A stretch of 63,115 nucleotides of DNA, filler included, from Craspedostauros australis (Eukaryota): the NCBI GenBank assembly GCA_030167865.1. It is 7 parts of 7 records of this genome, joined end to end, with 100 filler letters (N's around TTAATTAATTAA, not from the genome) between each part and the next. Parts side by side here need not be neighbours in the genome. Positions count along the whole stretch, not along the records: positions 23,337 to 46,459 come from JALAGF010002989.1; 6 more parts are not named here. The stretch is one strand, 5' to 3'. Both the position numbers and the translations under genes were made by a program. Position 1 is the stretch's first letter. Every line of letters starts with the position of its first letter. The notes below the pieces were generated by a model, which saw only the letters and a list, made by a program, of their open reading frames with translations, had not been told where the DNA came from and made no database searches. Shown here in pieces: positions 35,285-46,360 of the stretch.

Positions 35285-37258
35285 ATGGTCGTCATCCTTC
35301 CACGACTCGTTGTGATGTTCGCCTCACCATTGCGTAACCTCCGGGCTTTGTCAACACAAACCACAAAATGGTCGTCTCCCCTCCCGCTCAAGTCTACCCC
35401 TGATGATGCATCCAGCCCGACCATCACCAACCAGGATCTCCTACACGCCGCAGAACGAGGAGACATGGATACCCTCACCGCATGGAAGACAGCATTTCCA
35501 CAAACCTCCATCGACACGATCAAGGATCATCGCGACAAAACTCCACTCCACCTCGCATGCTCCAACGGCCAGCTTGAAACGATCAAGCAGTTGATGGAGT
35601 CATGCGGAGCAAACATCAATACCCAATCCATGGATGGAGAGACTGCGCTACACTATGCATGCGCACAGGGCAACCTCGATGTCGTGGAATACCTGGCCGG
35701 GTCGCATGCTGCAGATGTCAACCTCCAGGATAACTTCGGCAAGGTGGCACTCCACGACGCCTGCACCGAGGGGCATGTGGCCATCGTGAAGGCTCTGATC
35801 GAGTCATATTCTGCAAGCGCTCTCGTCCAAGATGACAAGGGTGAGAATGCCCTCCATGCCGCGTGTCTTCCTGGACACTTGGATGTTGTGGAGTACCTCG
35901 TTGGATCATGTGGAGTGGAAATCAATGTGCAAGATGAATTCGGTAACACTGCGATCCACGATGCGTGTCTGAAGGGTCATCTTGATATCTTGAAGTGTGT
36001 GATGGAGGCTCGTGCTGTGACCATCGACGTCCAGAACAATGACGGCGATACCGCACTTCATGTTGCTTACAGAAATGATCATTTGGATGTTGCAGAGTAC
36101 CTGGTGAAGTCGTGCAAGGCAGATGTTCATGTTGAGAATGACGCTGGCGGCACGTCTCTTCAGTCTGTATATTCCAAAGATCATCTGGATGTTGTGAGAT
36201 GGTTGGCGGAGTCAGGTCAGGTGGATATCAATGCCAAAGACGAGAATGGCGACACTTTGCTTCACAGCGCAAGTGCTGGGGGCCGTCTGGGTATGGTGGA
36301 GTACTTGATACAGTCAGACGACCTGAAGGTGGATGGCAACGCCAAGAACAAGGCTGGCAACACTGCCCTTCACTGCGCAAGTGTTGGAGGCCACCTGGAT
36401 GTGGTGAAGCATTTGGTGGACTCAGGCAAAGCGATCATCGACGCCAGCACCGGGGATAGTTGTGGCAACACTGCACTCCAGCTTGCAGCCGCGCATGGAC
36501 ATCTGGATGTTGTGAAGCATTTTCTGGAATCAGGCGAAGCCAACATCAACGCTGAGGATCGTGGGTGCGAGAGACTACTCTACATCGCATATCTCAACAG
36601 CCGCTTCGATGTCGTCGAGCATCTCATCGGAACACCAAGCATATATCCAAACTTCCGACACAAGTGTGGCAACACCGTTCTCCATCTCGCAAGTGGCGAT
36701 GGCCATCTCGGTGTTGTGAAGCGGCTGGTTGAATCCGGCAAGGCCAATATCAACGCTGAGAACTGCAGCCGTGAGACTCCAATCTTCAAGGCATATCACA
36801 ACAATCACTTCGATATTGTCAAGTATCTGGTCGCAGCACCAAATGTCGATTTGAACGTGAAAAACTGGAATGGCAAAACCATCCTCCATCACGCAAGTCG
36901 GAGTGGGCATCTCGACGTCGTGAAGTCGTTGGTTGAGCAAGACATGGTAGTTGTCAACGTCAACTCCAACAACGATGGCAACACTGCAATGCACGAAGCG
37001 TGCTACAATCGTCATCTCGACGTTGTGAAGTATTTGGTGGAAGCCTGTAACGCAGAAATCAACATTCAAAACGAGTATGGCAGCACACCATTTTGGTGGG
37101 CAAGCTGCTATGGCCATTTGGAGGTGGTCAAGTATTTGGTGGAATCGTGCAACGCAGACATCAGCATCAACGATAACGATGGCAAGACTGCCCTGGATAT
37201 TGCGATTCAAAAGGGCCGCAGTGATGTTGCCGACTACTTGGCCGCTCTTCCTCGATGA
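35285..37258 (+). CDS. Ankyrin-repeat protein (about 17 repeats)
   Basis: Repeated GxTALHxA..GHLDVVKYLV...A.IN motifs. Start uncertain. Confidence 0.9.
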   Translation: MVVILPRLVVMFASPLRNLRALSTQTTKWSSPLPLKSTPDDASSPTITNQDLLHAAERGDMDTLTAWKTAFPQTSIDTIKDHRDKTPLHLACSNGQLETIKQLMESCGANINTQSMDGETALHYACAQGNLDVVEYLAGSHAADVNLQDNFGKVALHDACTEGHVAIVKALIESYSASALVQDDKGENALHAACLPGHLDVVEYLVGSCGVEINVQDEFGNTAIHDACLKGHLDILKCVMEARAVTIDVQNNDGDTALHVAYRNDHLDVAEYLVKSCKADVHVENDAGGTSLQSVYSKDHLDVVRWLAESGQVDINAKDENGDTLLHSASAGGRLGMVEYLIQSDDLKVDGNAKNKAGNTALHCASVGGHLDVVKHLVDSGKAIIDASTGDSCGNTALQLAAAHGHLDVVKHFLESGEANINAEDRGCERLLYIAYLNSRFDVVEHLIGTPSIYPNFRHKCGNTVLHLASGDGHLGVVKRLVESGKANINAENCSRETPIFKAYHNNHFDIVKYLVAAPNVDLNVKNWNGKTILHHASRSGHLDVVKSLVEQDMVVVNVNSNNDGNTAMHEACYNRHLDVVKYLVEACNAEINIQNEYGSTPFWWASCYGHLEVVKYLVESCNADISINDNDGKTALDIAIQKGRSDVADYLAALPR

Positions 37259-37684
37259 AAGCATAGCTGTAAATTGGACAAGAACCAACCAACCACCCGT
37301 CAATGGAATCTCCATGAGTAGCTGTCAAATGCTTAACATCCATCCTTGACGTAAATCAGTCGTTGCTGTGCTATTGTACAGTGAGCAACAATTATTGTAC
37401 TATGAGAGGATGGTACGCTGTTCTGCGCTCAACGTCGCATCGTGTTGCGAGGTCATGGCACCTCTGTCCAGTCTATGGGTTGCGATGTGTTGCGATATGG
37501 CAGGTATGTATGGCATGCGATTGCGCTTTGCATCCATTGCAGGAAAGCGGCGCCATGGTCTGAGATTCACGATGCATCTCAAAGCTACGTTTGGCGGCGT
37601 GATGCATGTGTGCACGTGTGGATGTGTTGATGTATTGGTATGGCGCGATGCAGTTGCCCTTCAATGCGCCAAGTGTCAATGTGC

Positions 37685-37935
37685 TCACTTCTGCATGCCC
37701 ATCTCTTCGTCACTCTCGGCGGCGCTGTCATTCTCCTCCTGGTTCAGCTTGTTCATGGCAGCAGTCTCCATGCGAAGGGCAGACTCAAAGACGGCGGCGG
37801 CGTCGTCGTTGCTGCACGAATTGATCTCCTCACGGAGTCCCTTGATGTTCGACAGGATGCGCTCGCGGCGGACGGAGTACGACTCATTCCGTGCGGCGAG
37901 ATCCTTCTGGAGCTCACAGTCTCGTGACCCTTCCC
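37685..37935 (-). pseudogene. Orphan terminal coding exon (coiled-coil, acidic end) abutting the LINE 5' end
   Basis: Translates EGSRDCELQKDLAARNESYSVRRERILSNIKGLREEINSCSNDDAAAVFESALRMETAAMNKLNQEENDSAAESDEEMGMQK* with gene-like codon bias. No in-frame ATG upstream of this block before the stop at 37991. Possible acceptor TTCAACAG|G at 37936. Confidence 0.5.
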
Positions 37936-38016
37936 CTGTTGAAGACGTACGTAGAACTGGTACAAAAAATCTTACGTAGAATACGTTGAATCAGTACTGG
38001 GAGCGAAAACCCGACA

Positions 38017-40290
38017 ATGGCGAAACAAAAACGTGATGACCGTAGCCACAAAGCCGACAGCATGGCCTCGATACCACCTCCACCACCAGGCAAGCCTCCA
38101 GCAAAGGCCCCTCTCCCACCTGTCCAAATCCCAGCTCCGAACGACCCGCGGGTCGCCGAGGAAGTAGAAATGACCGACGTGGCCACACCCACAGCAAAAA
38201 ACACCAGCACCACGAACAAGGAAGGCTGGCTGTGGAGCCACGCGTTGGAACAACAATGGCGAAAAATGCTCAAAGAGCGTAACTTCGCGACGCGGTTGGT
38301 TCAACCATTCACAACACTCTTCGGGGAAGGCGACACCATCCACGATGCGACAAGATACGTTAAAGGACTGGCAGGGAACCCTCCGTTCGTCACCTCAGCC
38401 CAATGGTGCAGCATCTTCGAGAAAGCAACCAAAAACAAAATGGAGCCAGCTGACAACACGCGAACCGTCAACCTCTACCTGCGTCTCATCAAGACAGACA
38501 ACCTGTTCACATCCATGTGGAAGAGTGGCCAAGTCCGCGAGACACATGAATCAGCGGGATGGATCGCTGCTCGTTTGGTGTTCATGAAGGACAAGCACAT
38601 CGACATTGACAACTTGGATGGAGAAAAAGCAATCTCACCCAACCCAGCACAGAAGAAGAAGCAAAAGACAAAGGAGATTCTCTATCTCAGGAGAGAGGCA
38701 AGCGACAAAACCAGGAACTCTGTCAACAATGCGTTGTCCGACTTCCATAGAACCTTCGTCGATCTCCGGCTTCCAGCTCCACGCGACGGATCCAAGACAG
38801 CACCAGCGCAGGCCATCGAAAGCCTCAACATTGTGGTCGACTTTGTCTTTCAAAACGACGCAAACGCCAAATTCCTGTCCTGGCACCACGGAGCTACCAG
38901 ACCCTGGACAAAGAGAGATGGGAAATGGGAGTCGCGAGAGACCGTCAAGCTGTTCGTCGAGAATCTGTACGCAAGAACTGGCAACACCATCTTCACGCGT
39001 GTGCTCCTTGCACACAAAAAGGACCTCAGCTCGTTTCAAGACGATGGCACCCTAATCGACGAGGGCATCCACATGAAGAAATCAGCCATCCAAGAGAAGA
39101 CAATTGTCTCCGCAGGCTGGCTCTTCGGAAGCCACAGTACCACCAACAACAAGGATTTGGCAGAAGTCCTCGGAGGCCACAGCAAGGTCAAAGGAGTGAT
39201 GGAGATTGAGATTCGTCTCAAAGAGATCCGCCTCAAGTCCGGGCGACAGGTGAAACGCAAGGAGTTCAAGGACAGACAGCGGGCGGCCCACATCATGTGT
39301 GGCCATTCAAAAGCCAAGGACTGTCGGGCCGCGATGAAGCGGATCTTCAACGAGAAAGGTGCTAGCCTGGTCCTGGGCAAACAACTTCGGTTTATGCCGG
39401 ACGCCCTCGATCCAAGATTCGTGCCCTCTCCCAGGAAACTGCTGGGTCTGGAGTACATGGCGAAGGCGCAACACCGATTCGAATCCAAGATGTTGACCCA
39501 AGGAGTGGAATCCATTCAAGAGCTCGACGTACCCATGTCAGTCTACCTGGTGTCCCTCCGCGAGGTGATAATGAACTTCCGATCGTTCGCAAACCCCGAA
39601 TACGCCCTCTTCGTGTCAGTTGACACTGACAGAGCGGATCCCTTCCGAACCAATTTCGTGTACCACGAGGACCGACAGGTCGAGGCGCAGGAGGTGATCT
39701 CCAAGCTCCCGTTTCTGTGCCTTAAGCTTCTGGGGGGTAACTGCCATCATTGGTTTACCCCGTCAGGCTGGGCAGACACCGACAACTTCACGGAAGATTG
39801 GATCACAGGCTTTGTTACAGGCGTTGACGAGGACGAGATTGAGGAGTACACGGAAATCGCGCAGAGCGTTCTCCATTCAGACGTTGAGGCGATGGACTCC
39901 GTCTTGGCAGAAGACATGGGCTGGAAAGGAGCAGTGGACGACGAAGGAAGAGCGAAAAGGATCCCTCTCTTGAAAATCGAGATCGACTTAGACAGCATCC
40001 CAAAGAACCAGACCGGCGACAACCATACCGTTGGTTCGAACACCCTTGCCACATTCGCGGATATCTCCCTGCACCAACAGGTCGAGTTCGCGGGGCACGC
40101 CATGTCCAAGACAGCACGCACCAAGGCTGCCCGTCCAACCCAATTCGCCACAGATACTTCCGCGCTCCACGACGTCGAGATGCCGGCCACAACCAAAGAC
40201 GGCGCAATCGTCTTCCCATCAGCGGCTCTTTCCCCGCTCCTCGAAGGATCGCATACAGGTAGCAAAGACGCCTCGGACGCCTCCAAGTAA
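38017..40290 (+). CDS. LINE ORF1 protein (757 aa; no motif recognised)
   Basis: Long ORF directly upstream of and co-oriented with ORF2; Pro-rich N-terminus, basic middle, acidic C-terminal part. Confidence 0.75.
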   Translation: MAKQKRDDRSHKADSMASIPPPPPGKPPAKAPLPPVQIPAPNDPRVAEEVEMTDVATPTAKNTSTTNKEGWLWSHALEQQWRKMLKERNFATRLVQPFTTLFGEGDTIHDATRYVKGLAGNPPFVTSAQWCSIFEKATKNKMEPADNTRTVNLYLRLIKTDNLFTSMWKSGQVRETHESAGWIAARLVFMKDKHIDIDNLDGEKAISPNPAQKKKQKTKEILYLRREASDKTRNSVNNALSDFHRTFVDLRLPAPRDGSKTAPAQAIESLNIVVDFVFQNDANAKFLSWHHGATRPWTKRDGKWESRETVKLFVENLYARTGNTIFTRVLLAHKKDLSSFQDDGTLIDEGIHMKKSAIQEKTIVSAGWLFGSHSTTNNKDLAEVLGGHSKVKGVMEIEIRLKEIRLKSGRQVKRKEFKDRQRAAHIMCGHSKAKDCRAAMKRIFNEKGASLVLGKQLRFMPDALDPRFVPSPRKLLGLEYMAKAQHRFESKMLTQGVESIQELDVPMSVYLVSLREVIMNFRSFANPEYALFVSVDTDRADPFRTNFVYHEDRQVEAQEVISKLPFLCLKLLGGNCHHWFTPSGWADTDNFTEDWITGFVTGVDEDEIEEYTEIAQSVLHSDVEAMDSVLAEDMGWKGAVDDEGRAKRIPLLKIEIDLDSIPKNQTGDNHTVGSNTLATFADISLHQQVEFAGHAMSKTARTKAARPTQFATDTSALHDVEMPATTKDGAIVFPSAALSPLLEGSHTGSKDASDASK

Positions 40291-40371
40291 GAGGTACAGC
40301 GGGAAGCATTGGAGAGACCTCAGAAACCTCTGCATCCACGACCGGCCCATACCGATCAACACATACATAAG

Positions 40372-40850
40372 AAAAAAAAAAAAAAAATCAGCAACAAAAA
40401 CACACGACCAGAGACATCAAAGCACCCACAGCAACAACACGAACGACAGACTACAGCCGACGACTAGGCATCCAGCAGCGACGACCATCACAAGACACCC
40501 GATACACAACAACAAGCACGGGACAACCGACCATACACCAGCCAATCTGAGCAGCGCTAACACCACTCACACGACGCCAACTCCGCCACACCAACATCAA
40601 CACCTCACCACCAACACACCGTACCAATTATACCACATCAACACCTCACCACCAACACACCGTACCAATTACACCACACCAACACCACACTAACACCACA
40701 CTAACACCACACCGACACCACACCGACACCACACCAACACCACACCAACACCACACCAACACCACACCAACACCACACCGACACCTCACCGACGCCACAC
40801 CGACGCCACACCACGGCACACCGACACTTCACCAAGAGCCACTACCAACA
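40372..40850 (+). repeat. LINE inter-ORF spacer: A16 tract, 41-bp duplication and 11-bp tandem repeat (ACACCACACCA/G)
   Basis: A16 at 40372-40387; duplicated units start at 40594 and 40635; roughly a dozen 11-mers at ~40670-40825. Confidence 0.85.
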
Positions 40851-40918
40851 CCGGCACTTCAACCTCGCAGGACGTCACCGGCTCATCAACAGTGGGCAAG
40901 TACGCCCAATCCATCAAG

Positions 40919-43900
40919 ATGCAGCAACAACAGAAGCTCAAACGCAAGGGCACCATACGCGTGGTCTTCCAAAACGTGGCTCAGATTCCCCTCAAGAAAT
41001 ACCAAGAGAAGAACAGGGCCATCTTTGAGTTCATCCACCAAGAGGAGGTCGACGTTGTCGCAATGGCGGAGACGAACATCCGCTGGGACAATGTCTACGC
41101 CACCGAGCAATGGAAGGACAGACTTCCAAGCCCCTTGCGAAAGGAGAAGTCCATCTTCGCCCACAACATTCACGAGCAACACCTGGAGCCAAGACAATAC
41201 GGAGGTGCGGCGGTCTCAGCTTTCAACGAGCTCTCGCATCGCGTTTGCGGCAGGGAAGCCGACCCCTCGGGCATGGGTAGATGGTCGTCGCTCGTCTTCG
41301 AAGGCAAGCAAGGGAAGCGGCTCCGAGTCGTGTCCGCCTACCGGCCATGCAAGTCGGAAACAGGGAGCTCGACCGTGTGGACTCAGCAAGTCCGAGCGCT
41401 GCAGGCCTCCGGCCGCGATATTGACCCCATCTGCGCTTGGCAAGCGGATATTGCGACAGATATCCAGCGCTGGAAGGAGTCCGGCGAGACCATTGTGATA
41501 GGCGTGGACGTTAACGACGACACGATCGACGGTCCGACAGCCCAAGCCATGTCCGACATGGGGCTGCCTAATGCCCTGTGGTCCTACATGGGCGAAGGTG
41601 CTCGCACGGCCACTCAACAGCGAAATCAGAACAACGTCCCGATCGATGCCATCTTCCTCTCAGCGGGAGCGCATATCGTCGACGGGGGCTATTACGGATT
41701 CGGAGAAGCTATTCCTTCCGATCACAAGGCGCTATGGGTAGACCTGGACTTTCACGAGGTGCTGGGTCGCGGCACGCAGCCGATCCCGACGAGACAACCA
41801 AGGCGACTTCAAGTCCAACATCCCAAAGTGGTGCAACGCTACAACGATTCCCTACTCGCAGAGTATGCCAAACATGGGATCATGCGGCGAGCTCAAGCTC
41901 TCATCGACATCGCAAAAAGCCAGGGATGGGAACTCAACGACACCCAAGAGACCAAGCTGAATCGCCTGATTTTACAGACCAACGAGATCAAGCGCAAAGC
42001 AGAGAGAGATTGTCGCAAACTCCGAATGGGCGCCATCGAATGGTCCCCGGAGGTGAATCACGCCAGGTTGAACATCAGATTCTGGACCATGGAAGTCAAA
42101 GCGCTGAACAAAGTAAAAGTGAGCTCGTCTCTACGGAAGCGGCTCAGACAACAGACCAACTTGACTCCGACGGAATCCCTGGAAGAGGCCGTTGCACACC
42201 GGTCAGCGGCGTACAAGAAATACTACGCAGTGAAGGCCAGACACAAGGAGCTCCGCCAGGAGTACCTCGTCGAACTGGCGCAGGCCAAACAGCAGCAAGG
42301 TCAGCTAGAAGCCGACAGTGCGTTGCGGCAATTGCAGAACAGGGAGGCACAGCGGTCAGAAGCCCGACGGCTTCGCAGGGTCCTCGGAGCGGAGAACTCC
42401 TTGACGACGAAGGTTCTCTTCACGGACCAGGCGGGGGAAACGCACGAATGCACCGAACCCTCGCAGATTGCGGAGGCGTGTATACGGGAAAACAGAAGAC
42501 GGTTCTCCCAGGCAGCGGCAGCGCCCTGCCTCGTGAGACCGGGGCGGAGCTACCTGAACAAGATCTGGTCCACGGAAACGTCCAGCCAAGTTCTGCGAAG
42601 CGACTCTCCTCCCCCCGCGGGCATGGATGAGATGCTCATGGCGCTATTGGGCTCATTGCACCCCATCCCGGCACCGCAGGATTTCCTCTCCGTGAAAGAT
42701 CATACAGAGGCTTGGACGAAGCAGACGGAGCGAGTGAGTTCCGAGCCGGCCAACCCCCACTTTGGTCATTACAAGGCTGCTGCCCAGTGTCCCGCCCTCG
42801 CCGCGGTCGACATGCAGCTGCGAGAAATCCCATACCAGTGTGCGTTGTCACCGACAGCATGGCGGCGTATCACGGACGTGCAGATCTTGAAAAAGGCCCA
42901 GGTCTACAACATCGAAAAAATGCGAACTATCCAACTCATGGACGCCCAGTTCAACTTGAACAACAAACGTCTGGGCAGGGACATGATGGCCACCGCGGAG
43001 TCAAGTGGTTGGTTGTCGGAATACCAGTTTGGGAGCAGGAAGGGCATGTCAGCGATCGTAGCCGCACTCAACAAGCGGCTCTCGTTGGACATTGCCTACC
43101 AGAAGAAGGCCCCAGTCTTCTTCTGCTCCAACGACGCCAAGTCCTGCTATGACAGGATCGTGCCCAACTTCGCGGCTGCGGCTATGATGGCGGCGGGTGC
43201 CAACCCAAGTGCGGTCCGCAGCATGTTCGACACCCTTCAGCGAGCTGAGCATTACGTCAGCACGGCGTACGGCGTCTCGAGCGAGAGTTACGCAAAGGAT
43301 CATGAGTGTCTGATGCACGGCATTGGGCAAGGCAACGGAGCGGGCCCGGCCATATGGGCGGTTATTAGCTCAGTGATGTTCAGGGCCATGCAGCAACGAG
43401 GCCACGAGACAACTTTTCGAGCACCTCTGAGCCGTTCTCCAGTGCGAGTGCTGGGGTCGGCATTCGTCGACGACACGGATCTTGTTCATATCTCCAAGGA
43501 CGGCGATGAAGCGCAAGCGAGCCTCCAGAGCTTTCGGCGTATGATCAACGACTGGAACGGGTTGCTCACGGCCACGGGAGGCGCAATCGTGCCAAGCAAG
43601 TCGGCTTGGTGGGCTGTCGAGTTCTCTTTCTCAGCAGGCCAATGGTGGGTTGAGGATTCACATGAGCAGCACCAAATCAACATTTCTGATGGGCAGAGTG
43701 GCAATGCTACTATCCCGCGCAAGTTGCACACAGATCCAGTGGAGACGTTGGGAGTGTCCATATCGCTTGATGGCAATAACAGCGCCCAAGTCTCAGCTCT
43801 TCGCAAGAAGTCTGAAGTGTTTGCGGAAAAGCTGAGAGTGGCACAGGTCACCCCGCGGGAAGCGAGGACGGCCCTGATTTTGCGATTCATGAAGTCTGTG

Positions 43901-46360
43901 GAATACGTAATGGCGGCCACGCAGCTCACACCGGACCAGTGGCGACACATCATGGCGCCGGCCCTTCAAGCGGCACTCCCCAAAATGAAGCTGATGCGAA
44001 CATTCCCACGCACGGTTCTCTTTGCTCCGGTTTCGGCCGGAGGCATTGGCGTCCCGAACCCTTGGCGACGACAAGTGGTGCGGCAGGTCCAAGCGCTGTT
44101 TCAGGAAGTGCACGCATCTACCCCTACGGGGAGGATGATGGAGCACTCGATCGAGGCGCTGAAGGACGAGGTTGGCGTTGACGGCTCCTTGTTTGACCAC
44201 CCTCACCATCTTTTACAGGATGCTCTTACCCCATGCTGGATTTCAAACCTGTGGGGCCACATCCAGGAGATGGGTTTTCACATCCAGGAGCGAACGCTGG
44301 CCTTCCACCCCCAGCGCGAAGGCGACCGAACGATCACCGAGCTAGCACTGGGTCTAGGGTATCACGGGCAGCGGTTCCGGCGCCTCAATGCGTGCCGGCT
44401 GCAACTCGGAGCGGTGTACATCTCAGACATCGCCACAGCATGTGGTTCAACAATCACCTCGGCGGCTTGGTCGGGACACGAAGCGTCCACATCGCGTGAG
44501 TCCTGGCCGCGGCTTCCCGCTCGTCTGCCAGCTAGCTGGTGGGCAGAGTGGGGACAGTTCTGCAGGAGGTTGACCCGGTCAGACGGGTCCCTCTTGGAGT
44601 CCCTCGGGCCCTGGTATCTCGACGAACACCGCTGGCGATGGTGGCATCACCCGCCCACTGACACGATCTTCGACGTCGGTGCAGCGTCCACGGTTTCCTA
44701 CCGGCGGACGAGCGGCCAGCGGCGTACACGACGAGTGAGGTACCACCCAGTGTCCACCTCTGTCTCTCCCCCGGAAGGGGCGGTGCGCATCTCGGTCACG
44801 CGCAACGATCGATACATCACCTGGGAAGGCACCAGTGGCGTGCAGATGTCCTACGCAGACATCCCATACCTTGAGCCGGAGCGCCATCCGTATATCCATA
44901 GCGTCGAAGGCGACCTTTCGCCACAAGACGCCCATGGAGCAGCGACCGCGGGTGCCCTAGTGGCGGTGAGTGACGGCTCCTTCAAAGACGGGTGTGGCAC
45001 ATCGGCGTCGATCATCTACGACACACGGTCAAAAAAGTCGGTTTCAGTCTTAGCGACTGTGCCCGGCAGCCCGCCCATGCAGAGCTCCTACCGAAGTGAG
45101 CTCATGGGTATCCTGGCCTCACTCATCTACGTCTTTCGCCTTGAGTACGACCACGATGTCGTCATTCCATCCATCACCCTTGCCCTCGACGGGCAGCAAG
45201 CGCTTAATCGGGCTCGGGACGGATCTCCCAGGCCCACGCAACGAGACTGGGACCTTCTCTCGGAGATAGAACACGCCAAAAGCCAAATCCAGTGTTCATT
45301 GAAGTGGAGATGGGTGAAAGGTCATCAAGACGACTCCTCGGCCCCCCTCGACATGTGGGCAAGACTCAACGTGCGGGCAGATGCGGAAGCAAAGCGGCAT
45401 TGGGAGTTGGCCTCGACGAGTCCTGCCATCACTAAGTGGGTCATGTCGGCGCCAGTGTGGCGAGTCGGCTGGTCCGGCGCGCCCCGCTCACATGTGGACT
45501 CAGCGACTATGGAGTCAGTAGCTCAGCAGCCCGACATCGACGATTACTGGCGGGCCAAACACGGATGGAGCGAGAGTGACCACTCGGCGGTGGACTGGAC
45601 GGCATACGCAAGGGCGCGCAGATCAACAGCGGCCCGAGACAGTATCAGATTCATCACCAAGGTGTCAACGGGGTTCATAGCGGTGGGGAGAAAAATGAAG
45701 CAGGCAGGGCTTCAGGCGGATTCCGTCTGCCCTGGATGCCAGCAGGAGGAAACGGTGGCACATCTTCTTACTTGTGGTGAGTATGAGGATACGTGGGATG
45801 AGTCGGTGACAGAGTTGTTGGACTACATGAATACGGTGGGCACAAACCCCCTAGTGGTGGGCGGAATGCGCCAAGGAATGCGGCGGTGGCGGCGGAAGGT
45901 CAAACCGGTGGGCCCTCAGAGGATAGTGGGGTGGTTCCCGCTCCTTCAAGGGTTTTTACACGTGGACTGGCGGCGGCAACAGGCGGCATGGATGAAGGAC
46001 AACCCGTCCAAGCACAGAACGGCGGAGGCTTGGGCAGCTGATGTGATACGTCGCATTTGGAAAATTCCTTGGGCTGTGTGGACCGCTAGAAACAACAAGG
46101 TCCACGAGGCACCGGACTCGGTGGAAGCACGCACGCGTGACTACGCGAGGCGGCTTCGCTCTTTTCATCCCCCTGGCCTCACTCTGCGAGAGACGCAAGT
46201 CCTCCAGCGAGGCGGGGTGGCCGAGACCGGTACTCAACAACAAGTACAGCAATGGATCGAACTGGCGCAACGGGTCCGGAAGGATGCGCGCGACAGGCAA
46301 CGGCGGCAGTCCCTGCAACAGGAACGCTCGCTGATGGCCGCGTGGCTTTCCCAACCTTGA
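40919..46360 (+). CDS. LINE ORF2: APE endonuclease + reverse transcriptase + RNase H + C-terminal zinc finger
   Basis: APE: IRVVFQNV, AMAETN, VSAYRP, GVDVN, IDAIF, SDHKAL. RT: KMRTIQL, QFGSRKG, SNDAKSCYDRI, GIGQG, FVDD, LGV. RNase H: VSDGS, SYRSELMG, LDGQQAL, WVKGHQD, N.RAD. Zn finger CPGC..ETVAHLLTC. Confidence 0.95.
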   Translation: MQQQQKLKRKGTIRVVFQNVAQIPLKKYQEKNRAIFEFIHQEEVDVVAMAETNIRWDNVYATEQWKDRLPSPLRKEKSIFAHNIHEQHLEPRQYGGAAVSAFNELSHRVCGREADPSGMGRWSSLVFEGKQGKRLRVVSAYRPCKSETGSSTVWTQQVRALQASGRDIDPICAWQADIATDIQRWKESGETIVIGVDVNDDTIDGPTAQAMSDMGLPNALWSYMGEGARTATQQRNQNNVPIDAIFLSAGAHIVDGGYYGFGEAIPSDHKALWVDLDFHEVLGRGTQPIPTRQPRRLQVQHPKVVQRYNDSLLAEYAKHGIMRRAQALIDIAKSQGWELNDTQETKLNRLILQTNEIKRKAERDCRKLRMGAIEWSPEVNHARLNIRFWTMEVKALNKVKVSSSLRKRLRQQTNLTPTESLEEAVAHRSAAYKKYYAVKARHKELRQEYLVELAQAKQQQGQLEADSALRQLQNREAQRSEARRLRRVLGAENSLTTKVLFTDQAGETHECTEPSQIAEACIRENRRRFSQAAAAPCLVRPGRSYLNKIWSTETSSQVLRSDSPPPAGMDEMLMALLGSLHPIPAPQDFLSVKDHTEAWTKQTERVSSEPANPHFGHYKAAAQCPALAAVDMQLREIPYQCALSPTAWRRITDVQILKKAQVYNIEKMRTIQLMDAQFNLNNKRLGRDMMATAESSGWLSEYQFGSRKGMSAIVAALNKRLSLDIAYQKKAPVFFCSNDAKSCYDRIVPNFAAAAMMAAGANPSAVRSMFDTLQRAEHYVSTAYGVSSESYAKDHECLMHGIGQGNGAGPAIWAVISSVMFRAMQQRGHETTFRAPLSRSPVRVLGSAFVDDTDLVHISKDGDEAQASLQSFRRMINDWNGLLTATGGAIVPSKSAWWAVEFSFSAGQWWVEDSHEQHQINISDGQSGNATIPRKLHTDPVETLGVSISLDGNNSAQVSALRKKSEVFAEKLRVAQVTPREARTALILRFMKSVEYVMAATQLTPDQWRHIMAPALQAALPKMKLMRTFPRTVLFAPVSAGGIGVPNPWRRQVVRQVQALFQEVHASTPTGRMMEHSIEALKDEVGVDGSLFDHPHHLLQDALTPCWISNLWGHIQEMGFHIQERTLAFHPQREGDRTITELALGLGYHGQRFRRLNACRLQLGAVYISDIATACGSTITSAAWSGHEASTSRESWPRLPARLPASWWAEWGQFCRRLTRSDGSLLESLGPWYLDEHRWRWWHHPPTDTIFDVGAASTVSYRRTSGQRRTRRVRYHPVSTSVSPPEGAVRISVTRNDRYITWEGTSGVQMSYADIPYLEPERHPYIHSVEGDLSPQDAHGAATAGALVAVSDGSFKDGCGTSASIIYDTRSKKSVSVLATVPGSPPMQSSYRSELMGILASLIYVFRLEYDHDVVIPSITLALDGQQALNRARDGSPRPTQRDWDLLSEIEHAKSQIQCSLKWRWVKGHQDDSSAPLDMWARLNVRADAEAKRHWELASTSPAITKWVMSAPVWRVGWSGAPRSHVDSATMESVAQQPDIDDYWRAKHGWSESDHSAVDWTAYARARRSTAARDSIRFITKVSTGFIAVGRKMKQAGLQADSVCPGCQQEETVAHLLTCGEYEDTWDESVTELLDYMNTVGTNPLVVGGMRQGMRRWRRKVKPVGPQRIVGWFPLLQGFLHVDWRRQQAAWMKDNPSKHRTAEAWAADVIRRIWKIPWAVWTARNNKVHEAPDSVEARTRDYARRLRSFHPPGLTLRETQVLQRGGVAETGTQQQVQQWIELAQRVRKDARDRQRRQSLQQERSLMAAWLSQP

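Noticed and set aside
40670..40830. Telomeric or CRISPR-like array
   Set aside because: An 11-bp degenerate tandem unit without spacers, not CCCTAA-type, and internal to the LINE.
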